From an uncultured Chloroflexia bacterium (lineage in GTDB: Bacteria; Chloroflexota; Dehalococcoidia; UBA2979), in assembly GCA_963728205.1 (NCBI GenBank), contig CAVSIV010000004.1, forward strand, positions 128,001-192,000: a stretch of DNA of 64,000 nt. The letters run 5' to 3'. The notes beneath the pieces are model-generated. The model saw only the letters and a list, made by a program, of their open reading frames with translations. It was not told the origin of the DNA and did no database searches. The number at the start of each line of letters is the position of its first letter. Within the stretch, counting starts at the first letter, position 1. Below, piece after piece: positions 41,486 to 51,339 of the stretch. The translations under genes were made by a program, and so were the position numbers.

Positions 41486-41522
41486 GGCGACCAGTGTACA
41501 CGAATCGTGTACACTGGTCGCC
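41486..41522. promoter_or_regulatory. TA operator/promoter: perfect inverted repeat with 18-bp arms
   Basis: GGCGACCAGTGTACACGA-A-TCGTGTACACTGGTCGCC abutting the antitoxin ATG; contains -10 TACACT. Confidence 0.8.
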
Positions 41523-41948
41523 ATGAAGAACATCACGTTCAGCGCGGATGAGGACGTCATCGGAGCAGCACGCGCACGCGCGCAGGCGGCCGGGACCACC
41601 TTGAACGAAGCGTTCCGCCGCTGGCTGGGCGAGTACGCCGCCGCGCGAAAGACCGGAACCGGGACCCTTCCCGTGCACGAGTCCGGCGCAGCGTACGTAC
41701 CTGCTGCCGCCACCGGCCCCGCTGCAGCGGAGGATGGACTGCGAGCGGATCCCCGCCTGCTGCGGGCCGCGCGCGCGAAGGCCGCCGCGGAGGACAGCAC
41801 GCTCGATCGTCGCTTCGCCCAGTGGCTGGAGGAGTACACGGGCGAGCAAGACCCCGTGGAGGCGGCCATGCGGGCCGTGGACCGCATGCGGTCCTACGCC
41901 AGCACGGGCGGCCGGAAGTTCACGCGTGACGAGATGAATGAGCGCTGA
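41523..41948 (+). CDS. Antitoxin with duplicated ribbon-helix-helix-like domain
   Basis: MKNITFSADEDVIGAARARA...TLNEAFRRWLGEY, a second similar unit, C-terminal FTRDEMNER; overlaps the PIN gene. Confidence 0.8.
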   Translation: MKNITFSADEDVIGAARARAQAAGTTLNEAFRRWLGEYAAARKTGTGTLPVHESGAAYVPAAATGPAAAEDGLRADPRLLRAARAKAAAEDSTLDRRFAQWLEEYTGEQDPVEAAMRAVDRMRSYASTGGRKFTRDEMNER

Positions 41949-42357
41949 CTTCCTCGACACAAACGTCTTCGTGTACCTGCTGGACACGGTCGACGAGCGG
42001 AAGCACCGGCGGGCGCGGGCGGCCGTGAGCGACGCGCTTCGGGGCGACGCGTGCATCAGTCACCAGGTCGTCCAGGAGACGCTCAACGTGATCACACGAA
42101 AGCTCACGCCCCCGGTGACGCCCCAGGACGCGCGGGACTTCTTCACCACGACGCTGGAGCCCCTGTGGACCGTCATGCCCTCGTCGGACCTGTACGCGCG
42201 CGCGCTCGACGTCAGCGGGCGCTACCGCTTCTCGTTCTACGACTCCCTGATCGTCGCGGCCGCGCTTGGAGCGGGTTGCACGCGCCTCCTCAGCGAGGAC
42301 CTGCAGCACGGACAGGTGATCGACGGCCTGCGCATCGAGAACCCGTTCGCCACCTAG
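41938..42357 (+). CDS. PIN-domain (VapC-like) toxin
   Basis: FLDTNVFVY, QVVQE, SFYDSLIVAAA, LLSEDLQHG, NPF. Confidence 0.92.
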   Translation: MSADFLDTNVFVYLLDTVDERKHRRARAAVSDALRGDACISHQVVQETLNVITRKLTPPVTPQDARDFFTTTLEPLWTVMPSSDLYARALDVSGRYRFSFYDSLIVAAALGAGCTRLLSEDLQHGQVIDGLRIENPFAT

Positions 42358-42440
42358 CGATCGCCGGAGCGCGGACCGCTCGCCCGCGGGCGATGGCGGC
42401 CGTCCTCACCGCCGGGTAGCCTCGTGCGCGGGAGGCACGC

Positions 42441-43847
42441 GTGACCGAGACCGCCGGCTCATCGAAGCTCTGGGGCGGCCGCTTCGCGGCCGACACCAAC
42501 GCGCTCGTCGAGGCCTTCAACGCCTCGATCGACTTCGACCGCCGGCTCTACCGCGAGGACATCGCGGGCTCGATCGCCCACGCGCGCATGCTCGCGGCGC
42601 AGAGCATCATCCCCGGCGACGACCGCGACGCCATCATCGCCGGCCTCGAGGCGATCCGCGACGAGATCGACGCCGGCACGTTCGCGTTCCGACAGGACCG
42701 CGAAGACATCCACCTCAACATCGAAGCGGCGCTCACCGACCGCATCGGCGACGCGGGACGGCGCCTGCACACCGCGCGCTCGCGCAACGACCAGGTCGCG
42801 ACCGACACGCGCCTCTTCACGCGCGCCGCCTGCGACGAGGCGCTCGCGGCGCTGCACGCGCTGCGCGGCGCGCTGATCGACCTCTCCGACCGCGAGGCCG
42901 CGACGGTGATGCCCGGATACACCCACCTGCAGCGCGCGCAGCCGGTGCTCCTCGCACACCACCTGCTCGCCTACGAGGCGATGTTCGCGCGCGACGCCGA
43001 GCGCGTCGCGCAGGCGCGCGCCCGCGCGAACGTGTTGCCGCTCGGCGCGGGGGCGCTCGCCGGCGTGACCTACCCCATCGACCGCGAGGCGGTCGCGCGC
43101 GAGCTCGGTTTCGACGCCGTCGCCTCGAACTCGCTCGACGCCGTGTCCGACCGCGACTTCGTCGTCGACTTCCACGCGGCGGCGGCGCTCGCCATGGTCC
43201 ACCTCTCGCGGCTCGCCGAGGAGCTGATCCTCTGGTCGACCGCGGAGTTCGGCTTCGTCACGCTCGCCGACGCCTTCTCCACCGGGTCGAGCATCATGCC
43301 GCAGAAGAAGAACCCCGACGTCGCGGAGCTGGCGCGCGGGAAGAGCGCGCGGGCGATCGGCAACCTCGTGCAGGCGCTGACGATGCTCAAGGGCCAGCCG
43401 CTCGCCTACAACAAGGACAACCAGGAGGACAAGGAGTCGCTGTTCGACAGCGTCGACACGCTGCTCGTGTCGGTGCGCGTCGTCGCCGCGATGCTGCCCA
43501 CCCTCACCTTTCACCGGGAGCGCATGCGCGCCGCCGCCGGCGCGAACTTCGCGCTCGCGACCGATGTCGCCGACTATCTGGCGAAGCGCGGCGTGCCGTT
43601 CCGCGAGGCGCACGAAGCGGTCGGCGCGCTCGTCGCGCGCTGCGAGCGCGACGGCCGCACGACGTTCGACGGGCTGGCGCTCGACGACTACCGCGCGGCG
43701 CACCGCGCGTTCGAGCGCGACGTGCTCGCGCTGGACCTCGACGCCGCGCTCGCCGCGCGCGAGGTGCCCGGCGGGACCGGCCCGCGCGCCGTCGCGGACC
43801 AGCGTGCGGCCGCTCGCGCGCGCCTCGCCGCCGAGAGCCGGCCATGA
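42441..43847 (+). CDS. argH: Argininosuccinate lyase
   Basis: LWGGRF, HTARSRNDQV, PGYTHLQRAQP, GSSIMPQKKNPD. Confidence 0.97.
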   Translation: MTETAGSSKLWGGRFAADTNALVEAFNASIDFDRRLYREDIAGSIAHARMLAAQSIIPGDDRDAIIAGLEAIRDEIDAGTFAFRQDREDIHLNIEAALTDRIGDAGRRLHTARSRNDQVATDTRLFTRAACDEALAALHALRGALIDLSDREAATVMPGYTHLQRAQPVLLAHHLLAYEAMFARDAERVAQARARANVLPLGAGALAGVTYPIDREAVARELGFDAVASNSLDAVSDRDFVVDFHAAAALAMVHLSRLAEELILWSTAEFGFVTLADAFSTGSSIMPQKKNPDVAELARGKSARAIGNLVQALTMLKGQPLAYNKDNQEDKESLFDSVDTLLVSVRVVAAMLPTLTFHRERMRAAAGANFALATDVADYLAKRGVPFREAHEAVGALVARCERDGRTTFDGLALDDYRAAHRAFERDVLALDLDAALAAREVPGGTGPRAVADQRAAARARLAAESRP

Positions 43848-44527
43848 GCCCGGACCCGGGCGTGCGCATCGCCCCGTCGATCCTGACCGCCGACTTCGGC
43901 CGGCTCGCGGCACAGGCGCGCGCGGCCGAGGACGGCGGGGCCGACCTGCTGCACCTCGACGTAATGGACGGCCACTTCGTCCCGCGCATCACCTTCGGGG
44001 ACCCCGTGATCGCCGCGGTGCGGGAGGCCACGCGCCTGCCGCTCGAGGTGCACATGATGGTCGCCAACCCCGGCGACCACTTCGCCGCCTTCGCGCAGGC
44101 CGGCGCGGGCCGGCTGCTCTTCCACTACGAGGCCGCCGGCGACCTTGCCGCCGTGCGCACGCTGCTCGCGCGGGCACGGGAGCTCGGCGTCGAGACCGGC
44201 GTCGCGATCAGCCCGGAGACGCCGTCGTCGGCGCTCTACCCGCTGCTCGCCGAGATCGACGAGATCATCGTGATGCTGATCCGCCCCGGCTGGGGCGGCC
44301 AGGAGATGCGCCCCGAGCTGCTGGCGAAGGTGCGCGACCTGGACGGCCGGGCGCGTGCGGCGGGCCTCGACGTGCCGATCGAGGTCGACGGCGGCGTCAA
44401 GGCGCACAATGCGCTCGAGTGCGTGCACGCCGGCGCGTCGATCCTCGTGGCGGGCTCGGCCGTCTACAACGACCGCCAGAGCCCGGAAGACGCGCTCGCC
44501 GATCTGCGGCGCACGCTCGGGCGCTAA
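43844..44527 (+). CDS. rpe: Ribulose-phosphate 3-epimerase
   Basis: IAPSILTADF, HLDVMDGHFVP, EVDGG, VAGSA. Confidence 0.95.
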   Translation: MSPDPGVRIAPSILTADFGRLAAQARAAEDGGADLLHLDVMDGHFVPRITFGDPVIAAVREATRLPLEVHMMVANPGDHFAAFAQAGAGRLLFHYEAAGDLAAVRTLLARARELGVETGVAISPETPSSALYPLLAEIDEIIVMLIRPGWGGQEMRPELLAKVRDLDGRARAAGLDVPIEVDGGVKAHNALECVHAGASILVAGSAVYNDRQSPEDALADLRRTLGR

Positions 44528-44532
44528 GTCTG

Positions 44533-44652
44533 GGCGCGCGGCAGGCTTCAGGCCTGCCGTGGATCGTGAGTACCTCCGCGGGACGTGAGGCGGCCACCTC
44601 CGGGGCGGTCGCCCGCCACTGCACACGGCAGGCCTGAAGCCTGCCGCGCGCC
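44533..44652. repeat. REPIN-like element, family 1
   Basis: Perfect 29-bp inverted repeats at 44533-44561 and 44624-44652, each itself a hairpin CGGCAGGC-N5-GCCTGCCG; a partial third unit follows. Confidence 0.8.
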
Positions 44653-44749
44653 GGGGACCGGCAGGCCTGAAGGCCCGCGCCGCGCGCCGGACATGAAGAG
44701 GCCCCGCGAACGCGGGGCCGGAGACCGAACCGCTCGCGGCCCGTCGTTG

Positions 44750-44983
44750 CTAGTAGCTCAGCCCCTTCGCCTCGACGTGCTTGCTCTCCGTGCGGAGGCA
44801 GCGCGTGCAGACGTTGATGCGGCGCCAGCGGCCGTCGACGAACATCCGCTTCTTGTGCACGTTCGGCGCGAACGGGCGGTTCGTCTTCGGGGCCTTGCGG
44901 CGCCACGCACCGGAGTGCTTGTGCTGGATCGCCCGCCCGAAGACGGTGTGCTTGTCGCAGAGGTCGCACTTGCCGGCTGCCAT
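44750..44983 (-). CDS. rpmB: 50S ribosomal protein L28
   Basis: KCDLCDK...TNRPFAPNV...VCTRCLR; divergent from the DAK2 gene; hairpin at 44700-44719 downstream. Confidence 0.93.
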   Translation of the reverse strand: MAAGKCDLCDKHTVFGRAIQHKHSGAWRRKAPKTNRPFAPNVHKKRMFVDGRWRRINVCTRCLRTESKHVEAKGLSY

Positions 44984-45131
44984 GATCTCGCTCCGCAGGG
45001 GTCCCGCGCGCAGAGTGCGCAGCACCGGGTTCTGGTATATGTCTGATGACGGCCGATGAGACTGCATCGGCCGGTACAGGCTAGCAGCACGCGCTCCGCA
45101 ACGTCTATCCGGCCCGGGCCCGCCGCGACCG

Positions 45132-46778
45132 ATGGGAGATCGCGCGATCGCTTCCACCACCATCGACGGTCGCGACCTGCGCTCCGCGTTCGACGTCGCC
45201 GAGCGCTGGCTGGCGCTGAACCGCGATGCCGTCAACGCGATCAACGTCTACCCCGTGCCCGACGGCGACACCGGCACCAACATGCTCCTCACCTGGCGCG
45301 CCGCGCTGGCCGCGCCCGTCGACACGCCGGACGACGTCGGCGCCGTGCTGCGGGCCGTGGCGCACGGCGCGCTGCTCGGGGCGCGCGGCAACAGCGGCGT
45401 GATCCTCTCGCAGATGCTGCGCGGCCTCGCCGAGGCCGTCGGCGGCGCGCGGCGGATCGGGCTGCGCGACCTCGCGGCGGCGCTGACCGCCGGCGCGCGC
45501 GCCGCGTACGACGCGGTGCCGAGCCCCATCGAGGGCACGATGCTGACGGTGATGCGCGAGAGCGCGGCGGCCGCTGAGGCGGCCGCGGCCGAGCGCGCGG
45601 AGGTCGATCACATGACGGCCGCGCTCGTGGCGGGGGCGCGGCGCAGCGTCGAGCGCACGCCGGACCTGCTGCCGCGCCTGCGCGACGCCGGCGTGGTGGA
45701 CGCGGGCGGGCTCGGCGTCGCCCTGCTGTTCGAGGGCGTGCACCACGGCCTCGCCGGCACGCCGCTCCCCGAGCCGCTGACGCCGAACGCGGCCGCGGTC
45801 GAGCTGGAGGCGGTCGCGCACGAGGGCCACGGCTACTGCACCGAATACGTCGTCATCGCCGACGGCATCGACCGCGCGGCGTTCGAGCGCGAGCTGCTGG
45901 CGCTCGGCGGCGAGTCGGTGCTCGTCGTGGGCGACGCGACGGCCGTGCACGTGCACGTGCACGTCGCCGACCCCGGCCCGGCGCTGAGCGCCGGCGCGCG
46001 CCTCGGGGCGCTCGACGCGATCAAGGTCGACAACATGCAGGCGCAGCACGAGGCCTGGAGCGACGGCATCGTCGCCGCGTCCGGCGGGCGCGAGCCGGCC
46101 GACGGCGAGCTCCGGTCGGCGGCGCCGGCCGTTGGGCTCGTCGCGGTCGCGGCCGGCCCCGGGATCGCGTCCGCGTTTCGCGACCTCGGCGCGACGCGCG
46201 TGATCGACGCCGCCGCACGCAAGCCGAGCGCCGGCGAGCTGCTCGCGGCGGCGCGGGCGGCGGGCCGCGAGCGCGTCTACCTGCTGCCCAACGACCGAGA
46301 CGTGCTCATGGCGGCCGAGCAGGCGGCCCGCGCGTCCGACGGCCTCGTCACGGTGATTCCCGCCCGCTCAGCGGCGGCCGGCCTGGCGGCCGCCGTCGCG
46401 TTCCTGCCGGACGCGCCCGCAGCCGAGCTGGCCGCGCAGATGCTCGCTGCAGTCGACGCCGTCCGCAGCGTCGAGGTCACGAGCGCGGTGCGCGACGCGA
46501 CCGTCGACGGCGTCGCGGTGCGCGCGGGCGACGGCATCGCGCTCGTCGACGGCTTCCTCGTCATGCGCGGCGACACGCTGGAGGAGGCGCTGGCGGGCGG
46601 CCTCGCCCGCGCGGTCGGCGACGGCGCGTCGCTCGTCACCGTCTACCTCGGCGCCGGCGCGCCGCCGGGGGCCGGTGAGCGGGTGCGCGCGCTGATCGCC
46701 AGCCGTCACCCCACGCTGGAGATCGAGGTGGTGGCCGGCGGCCAGCCGCACTACCCCTACCTCCTGTCGGTCGAGTAG
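45132..46778 (+). CDS. DAK2-domain fatty acid kinase subunit A-like
   Basis: NVYPVPDGDTGTNM, GARGNSGVILSQ, GYCTE, GGQPHYPY. Confidence 0.93.
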   Translation: MGDRAIASTTIDGRDLRSAFDVAERWLALNRDAVNAINVYPVPDGDTGTNMLLTWRAALAAPVDTPDDVGAVLRAVAHGALLGARGNSGVILSQMLRGLAEAVGGARRIGLRDLAAALTAGARAAYDAVPSPIEGTMLTVMRESAAAAEAAAAERAEVDHMTAALVAGARRSVERTPDLLPRLRDAGVVDAGGLGVALLFEGVHHGLAGTPLPEPLTPNAAAVELEAVAHEGHGYCTEYVVIADGIDRAAFERELLALGGESVLVVGDATAVHVHVHVADPGPALSAGARLGALDAIKVDNMQAQHEAWSDGIVAASGGREPADGELRSAAPAVGLVAVAAGPGIASAFRDLGATRVIDAAARKPSAGELLAAARAAGRERVYLLPNDRDVLMAAEQAARASDGLVTVIPARSAAAGLAAAVAFLPDAPAAELAAQMLAAVDAVRSVEVTSAVRDATVDGVAVRAGDGIALVDGFLVMRGDTLEEALAGGLARAVGDGASLVTVYLGAGAPPGAGERVRALIASRHPTLEIEVVAGGQPHYPYLLSVE

Positions 46779-46799
46779 GCCCTTCGCTACACTCGCGCC

Positions 46800-47684
46800 G
46801 TGACCGTCCGCGTCGTCACCGACTCCACCGCCGATCTCCCGCCAGACGTCGTCGCACGCTACGGGATTGGCGTCGTGCCGCTCAGCATCCTGTTCGGCGA
46901 CGAGTCGCTGCGCGACGGCGTCGACATCACGTCCGACCAGTTCTTCAAGCGCCTGGCGCGCGCGGTCGAGCTGCCGACCACGTCGCAGCCGACGCCCGCG
47001 CTCTTCCACGAGACGTATGAGCGCCTGAAGGCCGAGGGCGCGACCGAGATCGTCTCGCTGCACCTCTCGAGCAAGCTCAGCGGCACCTTCCACTCCGCGG
47101 TGCAGGGCGCCGAGGGCATCGCGGACGTGCGCTTTCGTCACGTCGATTCGCTGTCGGCGTCGCTGGGCCTCGGGCTGGGCGTACTGGCGGCGGCGGAGCT
47201 CGCGCAGGACGGCAAGTCGCTCGAAGAGGTGCGCGCGGCGGCCGTCGACGTCTTCGCGCGTACGCGCGTGTACTTCCTGCTCGACACGCTCGAGTTCCTG
47301 CGCCGCGGCGGGCGCCTGGGGCGCGGTGCGGAGATCATCGGCAACCTGTTGCAGGTGAAGCCGATCCTCGCGATCGAGGGCGGCGAGGTGGTGCCCGTCG
47401 CGCGCGTGCGCACCCGCACGAAGGCGATCGAGGAGATGCTGCGGCGCGTGGCGCTGCTGCGGCCGATCACGCATATCGGCGCGATCCATGCGACCACGCC
47501 CGATGACCTCGACTACCTGACGACGCGCCTCGACGGCATCGTGCCCGACGCGAAGGTGCTGACCGCGCGCGTGACACCGGTGATCGGCGTGCACGGCGGG
47601 CCCGGGCTGCTCGGCGTCGCGGCCGTGATCGCGTCGCCCGAGGCCGCGACCGACGGAGCCTCCCCCACACCGAACACGTCGTGA
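46800..47684 (+). CDS. DegV family fatty-acid-binding protein
   Basis: VTDSTADL, PTTSQP, SSKLSGT, RGGR, GVHGGPG. Confidence 0.93.
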   Translation: MTVRVVTDSTADLPPDVVARYGIGVVPLSILFGDESLRDGVDITSDQFFKRLARAVELPTTSQPTPALFHETYERLKAEGATEIVSLHLSSKLSGTFHSAVQGAEGIADVRFRHVDSLSASLGLGLGVLAAAELAQDGKSLEEVRAAAVDVFARTRVYFLLDTLEFLRRGGRLGRGAEIIGNLLQVKPILAIEGGEVVPVARVRTRTKAIEEMLRRVALLRPITHIGAIHATTPDDLDYLTTRLDGIVPDAKVLTARVTPVIGVHGGPGLLGVAAVIASPEAATDGASPTPNTS

Positions 47685-50299
47685 CGGCCGACCTCGAGCG
47701 GCTGCGCGCGGTCCTGCAGCGCGAGCTCGACGCGGGCGCGTCGGACGTGCTCGTGCAGGGCGGGCTCGACGAGCTGCTGCGCACGCAGGCACGCGACGAG
47801 CCGCCGGGGTCGGCGCTGCTGCGGATGGTGGCGGCGCTGCCGGCGCAGGGCTATCGGTCGCTCGAGCCCGAGGAGCGCGTGACCTGGCTGCGCCGCGCAC
47901 TGGCGACGGTGCGGCGCGAGCAGGCGCTCGCGGCGGAGGCCGCGCCGCGGCGCGCCGCCCCCGGCCGCGCGCCGTCCTCGCGCGCGGCGGCGGCCGGCCG
48001 GCAGGCGCCGGCCGGGGCCGCGGGCCGCGCCGGCGGCGCCGGTCGCACCCCCGCGCGCCGCTCGCCGCGGCGCCCGCCGCGCCGCGTGGCGGAGGAGTCG
48101 CCGGACGCCGACGGCGCCGCGGACGGCGCGCCCGCGCGCCCCGGGTCCGCGGGCGCGCACATCCCACCCGGCGAGGGCGCGCTCGACCTCGAGCTCGCAC
48201 GCGCTGGCACGCGGCTCGGCGGGCCCAACCTCGATCGGCTGGAGCGGCTCGGGCTGCGCACCGTGCGCGACGCGCTCCACTTCTACCCGTACCGCCACCA
48301 CGACTTCAGCCACACGGTGCCGATCTCCGCGCTGCGCATCGGCGCCGAGCAGACCGTCCGCGGCGTGGTCGAGCGCTCACGCGAGGTGCGGATGGGCCGC
48401 GGCGGCCGCATGCGCGCGGCGGAGGTCACGATCCGCGACGCCGCCGGGTCCACCATCGGGGCCACGTGGTTCAACCAGCCGTTCGTCGCGCGCTCGTTGC
48501 GCGAAGGCGAGGAGATCGCGCTCGCCGGCCGCGTCACGATGTACCGCAACCACGCGGCGTTCACGAACCCCGAGTACGAGAAGCTGAGCGACGACCCACA
48601 CCACACCGGACGCATCGTCCCCGTCTACCACCTCACCGCCGGGCTGGCGCAGCGCACGATCCGCGGCGTGATCGCGCAGCTACTGGAGCGCTTCGGCGAT
48701 CGCATCGAAGACCCGCTGCCGCCGGACGTCCGCGAGCGCAACAGCCTGATGCCGCTGGCCGATGCGGTGCGGCAGGATCACTACCCCGACAGCCAGGCAC
48801 AGCTGACGCACGCGCGCCGCCGCCTCGCGTTCGACGAGCTGCTCGCGATCCAGATCGGCGTGATCGCCCGCAAGCGGGAGTGGCAGGCGCAGGGCAACGC
48901 GCCGATGATCGGCGACCACGCGGCCGCGGACGCCTTCCTCGCATCGCTCCCCTTCCGGCTCACCGGCGCGCAGCAGCGCGCGCTGCACGAGCTGCGCACG
49001 GACGTCGCCCGCCCCGTGCCGATGTCGCGGCTGATGGAGGGCGACGTCGGCTCCGGCAAGACGGTGGTGGCGGTGGCGGCGATGCTGTCGTTCGTCGCGG
49101 CCGGCTACCAGGCGGTGATGATGGCGCCGACCGAGGTGCTCGCCGAGCAGCACTTCCGCACGATCTGCCGGCTGCTCTCGGGCGAGCCGGAGCCGCCCCT
49201 CAACGGGCTGATCTCGCTGCCGTCGCTGCCGCTACCGATCCGCGTCGTGCAGCTCACCGGCTCGACGCGCGCGAAGGAGCGGCGCGACGCCCTCGACGCG
49301 ATTCGCCACGGCGGGGCGCACATCATCGTGGGCACGCACGCGCTCATCCAGGAGTCCGTGGAGTTCGCCAACCTCGGCATGGCCGTGGTCGACGAGCAGC
49401 ACCGCTTCGGCGTGATGCAGCGCAGCGAGCTGCGACGCAAGGGAGCCGACGGCGTCTCGCCGCACCTGCTGGTGATGACCGCGACGCCGATCCCGCGGTC
49501 CCTCGCGCTCACGCTGTACGGCGACCTCGACCTCTCGGTGATCGACGAGATGCCGCCGGGCCGCACGCCCATCGAGACGCGCTTCCTCACGCCGATCGAG
49601 CGCGGCACGGCGTTCGCGAAGGTGCGCGAGGAGATCGCGGCCGGCCGGCAGGCGTTCGTGATCTGTCCGCTCGTCGAGGGCTCCGACGCCGTGCAGTCGC
49701 GCGCCGCGACCGAAGAGGTGGAGCGGCTGCGCACGCAGGAGTTCCCCGAGCTCGCCGACCGCATCGCGCTACTGCACGGGCGGATGTCGTCGAGCGACAA
49801 GGACGCCGTGATGCGCGCGTTCGCGGTGAACGAGGCGGCGATCCTGGTGTCGACCGCGGTGGTCGAGGTCGGCATCGACGTCCCGAACGCGACGGTGATG
49901 GTGATCGAGGGCGCCGACCGCTTCGGCCTCGCGCAGCTGCACCAGTTCCGCGGGCGCGTCGGCCGCGGGGCACACGCGTCGTTCTGCTACCTGCTGGCGG
50001 ACGACCCGACGCCGGAGGCGGAGGAGCGGCTCTCGGTGCTGGAGCGGACCGCCGATGGCTTCGCGGTGGCGCAGGCGGACCTCGAGCTGCGTGGACCGGG
50101 CGAGACGTTCGGGACGCAGCAGAGCGGCCGCACGAACCTGCACATCGCGAGCCTGCTGGATGTGCGCCTGATCGAGACGACGCGCCACGAGGCGGAGCTG
50201 CTGCTGGACGACGACTCCCAGCTCGCAAAGCCCGAGCACCGCGCGCTCCGCTACGCGATCGCGCGTCGTGCGAGCGAGGTGGTCGCGGAGATGCACTGA
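47681..50299 (+). CDS. recG: ATP-dependent DNA helicase RecG
   Basis: GDVGSGKT, DEQHRFG, MTATPIPRS, QLHQFRGRVGR. Confidence 0.96.
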   Translation: MTADLERLRAVLQRELDAGASDVLVQGGLDELLRTQARDEPPGSALLRMVAALPAQGYRSLEPEERVTWLRRALATVRREQALAAEAAPRRAAPGRAPSSRAAAAGRQAPAGAAGRAGGAGRTPARRSPRRPPRRVAEESPDADGAADGAPARPGSAGAHIPPGEGALDLELARAGTRLGGPNLDRLERLGLRTVRDALHFYPYRHHDFSHTVPISALRIGAEQTVRGVVERSREVRMGRGGRMRAAEVTIRDAAGSTIGATWFNQPFVARSLREGEEIALAGRVTMYRNHAAFTNPEYEKLSDDPHHTGRIVPVYHLTAGLAQRTIRGVIAQLLERFGDRIEDPLPPDVRERNSLMPLADAVRQDHYPDSQAQLTHARRRLAFDELLAIQIGVIARKREWQAQGNAPMIGDHAAADAFLASLPFRLTGAQQRALHELRTDVARPVPMSRLMEGDVGSGKTVVAVAAMLSFVAAGYQAVMMAPTEVLAEQHFRTICRLLSGEPEPPLNGLISLPSLPLPIRVVQLTGSTRAKERRDALDAIRHGGAHIIVGTHALIQESVEFANLGMAVVDEQHRFGVMQRSELRRKGADGVSPHLLVMTATPIPRSLALTLYGDLDLSVIDEMPPGRTPIETRFLTPIERGTAFAKVREEIAAGRQAFVICPLVEGSDAVQSRAATEEVERLRTQEFPELADRIALLHGRMSSSDKDAVMRAFAVNEAAILVSTAVVEVGIDVPNATVMVIEGADRFGLAQLHQFRGRVGRGAHASFCYLLADDPTPEAEERLSVLERTADGFAVAQADLELRGPGETFGTQQSGRTNLHIASLLDVRLIETTRHEAELLLDDDSQLAKPEHRALRYAIARRASEVVAEMH

Positions 50300-50312
50300 G
50301 CCGCGGGCCGGA

Positions 50313-50350
50313 GGCCGGCCACCCGGGACTGGCTCCCGGGGTGGCCGGCC
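50313..50350. terminator. Hairpin between convergent recG and fasciclin genes
   Basis: GGCCGGCCACCC...GGGTGGCCGGCC stem. Confidence 0.55.
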
Positions 50351-50365
50351 GTGACGAGGGCGAGA

Positions 50366-51040
50366 CTACCGGCGGCGGGCCGTGACCAGTCGCGCGCCGC
50401 CTGCAAGCGCGAGCGCCCCCAGCGCGAGGAGCGCGATCATCACCGGCGCGACGGCGGACGAGCCGCCCAGCCCGGCGTTCCCGGCCGCCGCGGGCGCCGG
50501 GGTCGACGCCTGCGCCGGCGGGATCAGGACGGCGTCGATGACGTGGATGACGCCGTTGCTGGCCGCCACGTCGGCCGTCGTCACCTTCGCGGACCCGTTG
50601 AGCGTCACGCCGCCCGGGCCCGTCGCGATGGCGATCTTCGCGCCACCCACCGTGGTCGCCTCGGACAGCGTGGCCACGTCGGACGAGGCCACGCGGCCGG
50701 GCACGACGTGATACAGGAGCACGGCCTTCAGCGCCGCCGGATCCGCGAGCAGGGCATCGAGCGTGCCGGCCGGCAGCGCGGCAAATGCCGCGTCGGTCGG
50801 CGCGAAGACCGTGAACGGCCCGGGGCCCTTCAGCGTGTCCACGAGCCCCGCGGCCTGGAGCGCCTTCGCCAGCGTGGTGAAGTTGCCGGCCCCGACGGCC
50901 GTGTCGACGATGTCGAGCGTCGCCGCCTGGGGAGCGGCCGCGGGCTGGCCCGCTTCGGGTGCATCGATGGCGGCCATCGCCGTCGTTGCGATGGCCGCCG
51001 CGGCGAGGGCGCCGAGCAGCGTTCCGAGCATTCGCTTCAT
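50366..51040 (-). CDS. Secreted fasciclin (FAS1) protein with C-terminal anchor
   Basis: Signal peptide; [32 protein letters not shown]; tail [14 protein letters not shown]. Confidence 0.92.
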   Translation of the reverse strand: MKRMLGTLLGALAAAAIATTAMAAIDAPEAGQPAAAPQAATLDIVDTAVGAGNFTTLAKALQAAGLVDTLKGPGPFTVFAPTDAAFAALPAGTLDALLADPAALKAVLLYHVVPGRVASSDVATLSEATTVGGAKIAIATGPGGVTLNGSAKVTTADVAASNGVIHVIDAVLIPPAQASTPAPAAAGNAGLGGSSAVAPVMIALLALGALALAGGARLVTARRR

Positions 51041-51339
51041 GATGGGAGCCGTCCTCTGTCTGTCATTGCGACCGCCGCAGGCGGTCCCCCTGGGTGGCGT
51101 TACCGACGAGTCCCTGGCCAGGGTCGACGCGGAACAGATCCCATGTGACCAATATTTGACTCACTTGTCAATGGATTATGACGCACTATTGCCACATATC
51201 TGACCGGTACGGTCGGGAACGGTCCGGTCGCCGGGCTCCGCCATGCCGTGCCTGACCCCAACCCACCTCGGCGTTAGACTGTCCGCCTGAACCACCCGCG
51301 GTCCGTGCCGGCGGACCGCTCGCTTCTGGCGGAGGGCGC

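Noticed and set aside
47930-48160. Extremely GC-rich stretch in recG
   Set aside because: In-frame low-complexity linker with no element ends or frameshift.
51200-51339. T-box riboswitch before argS (also checked before trpS)
   Set aside because: No T-box consensus, specifier stem or terminator visible.
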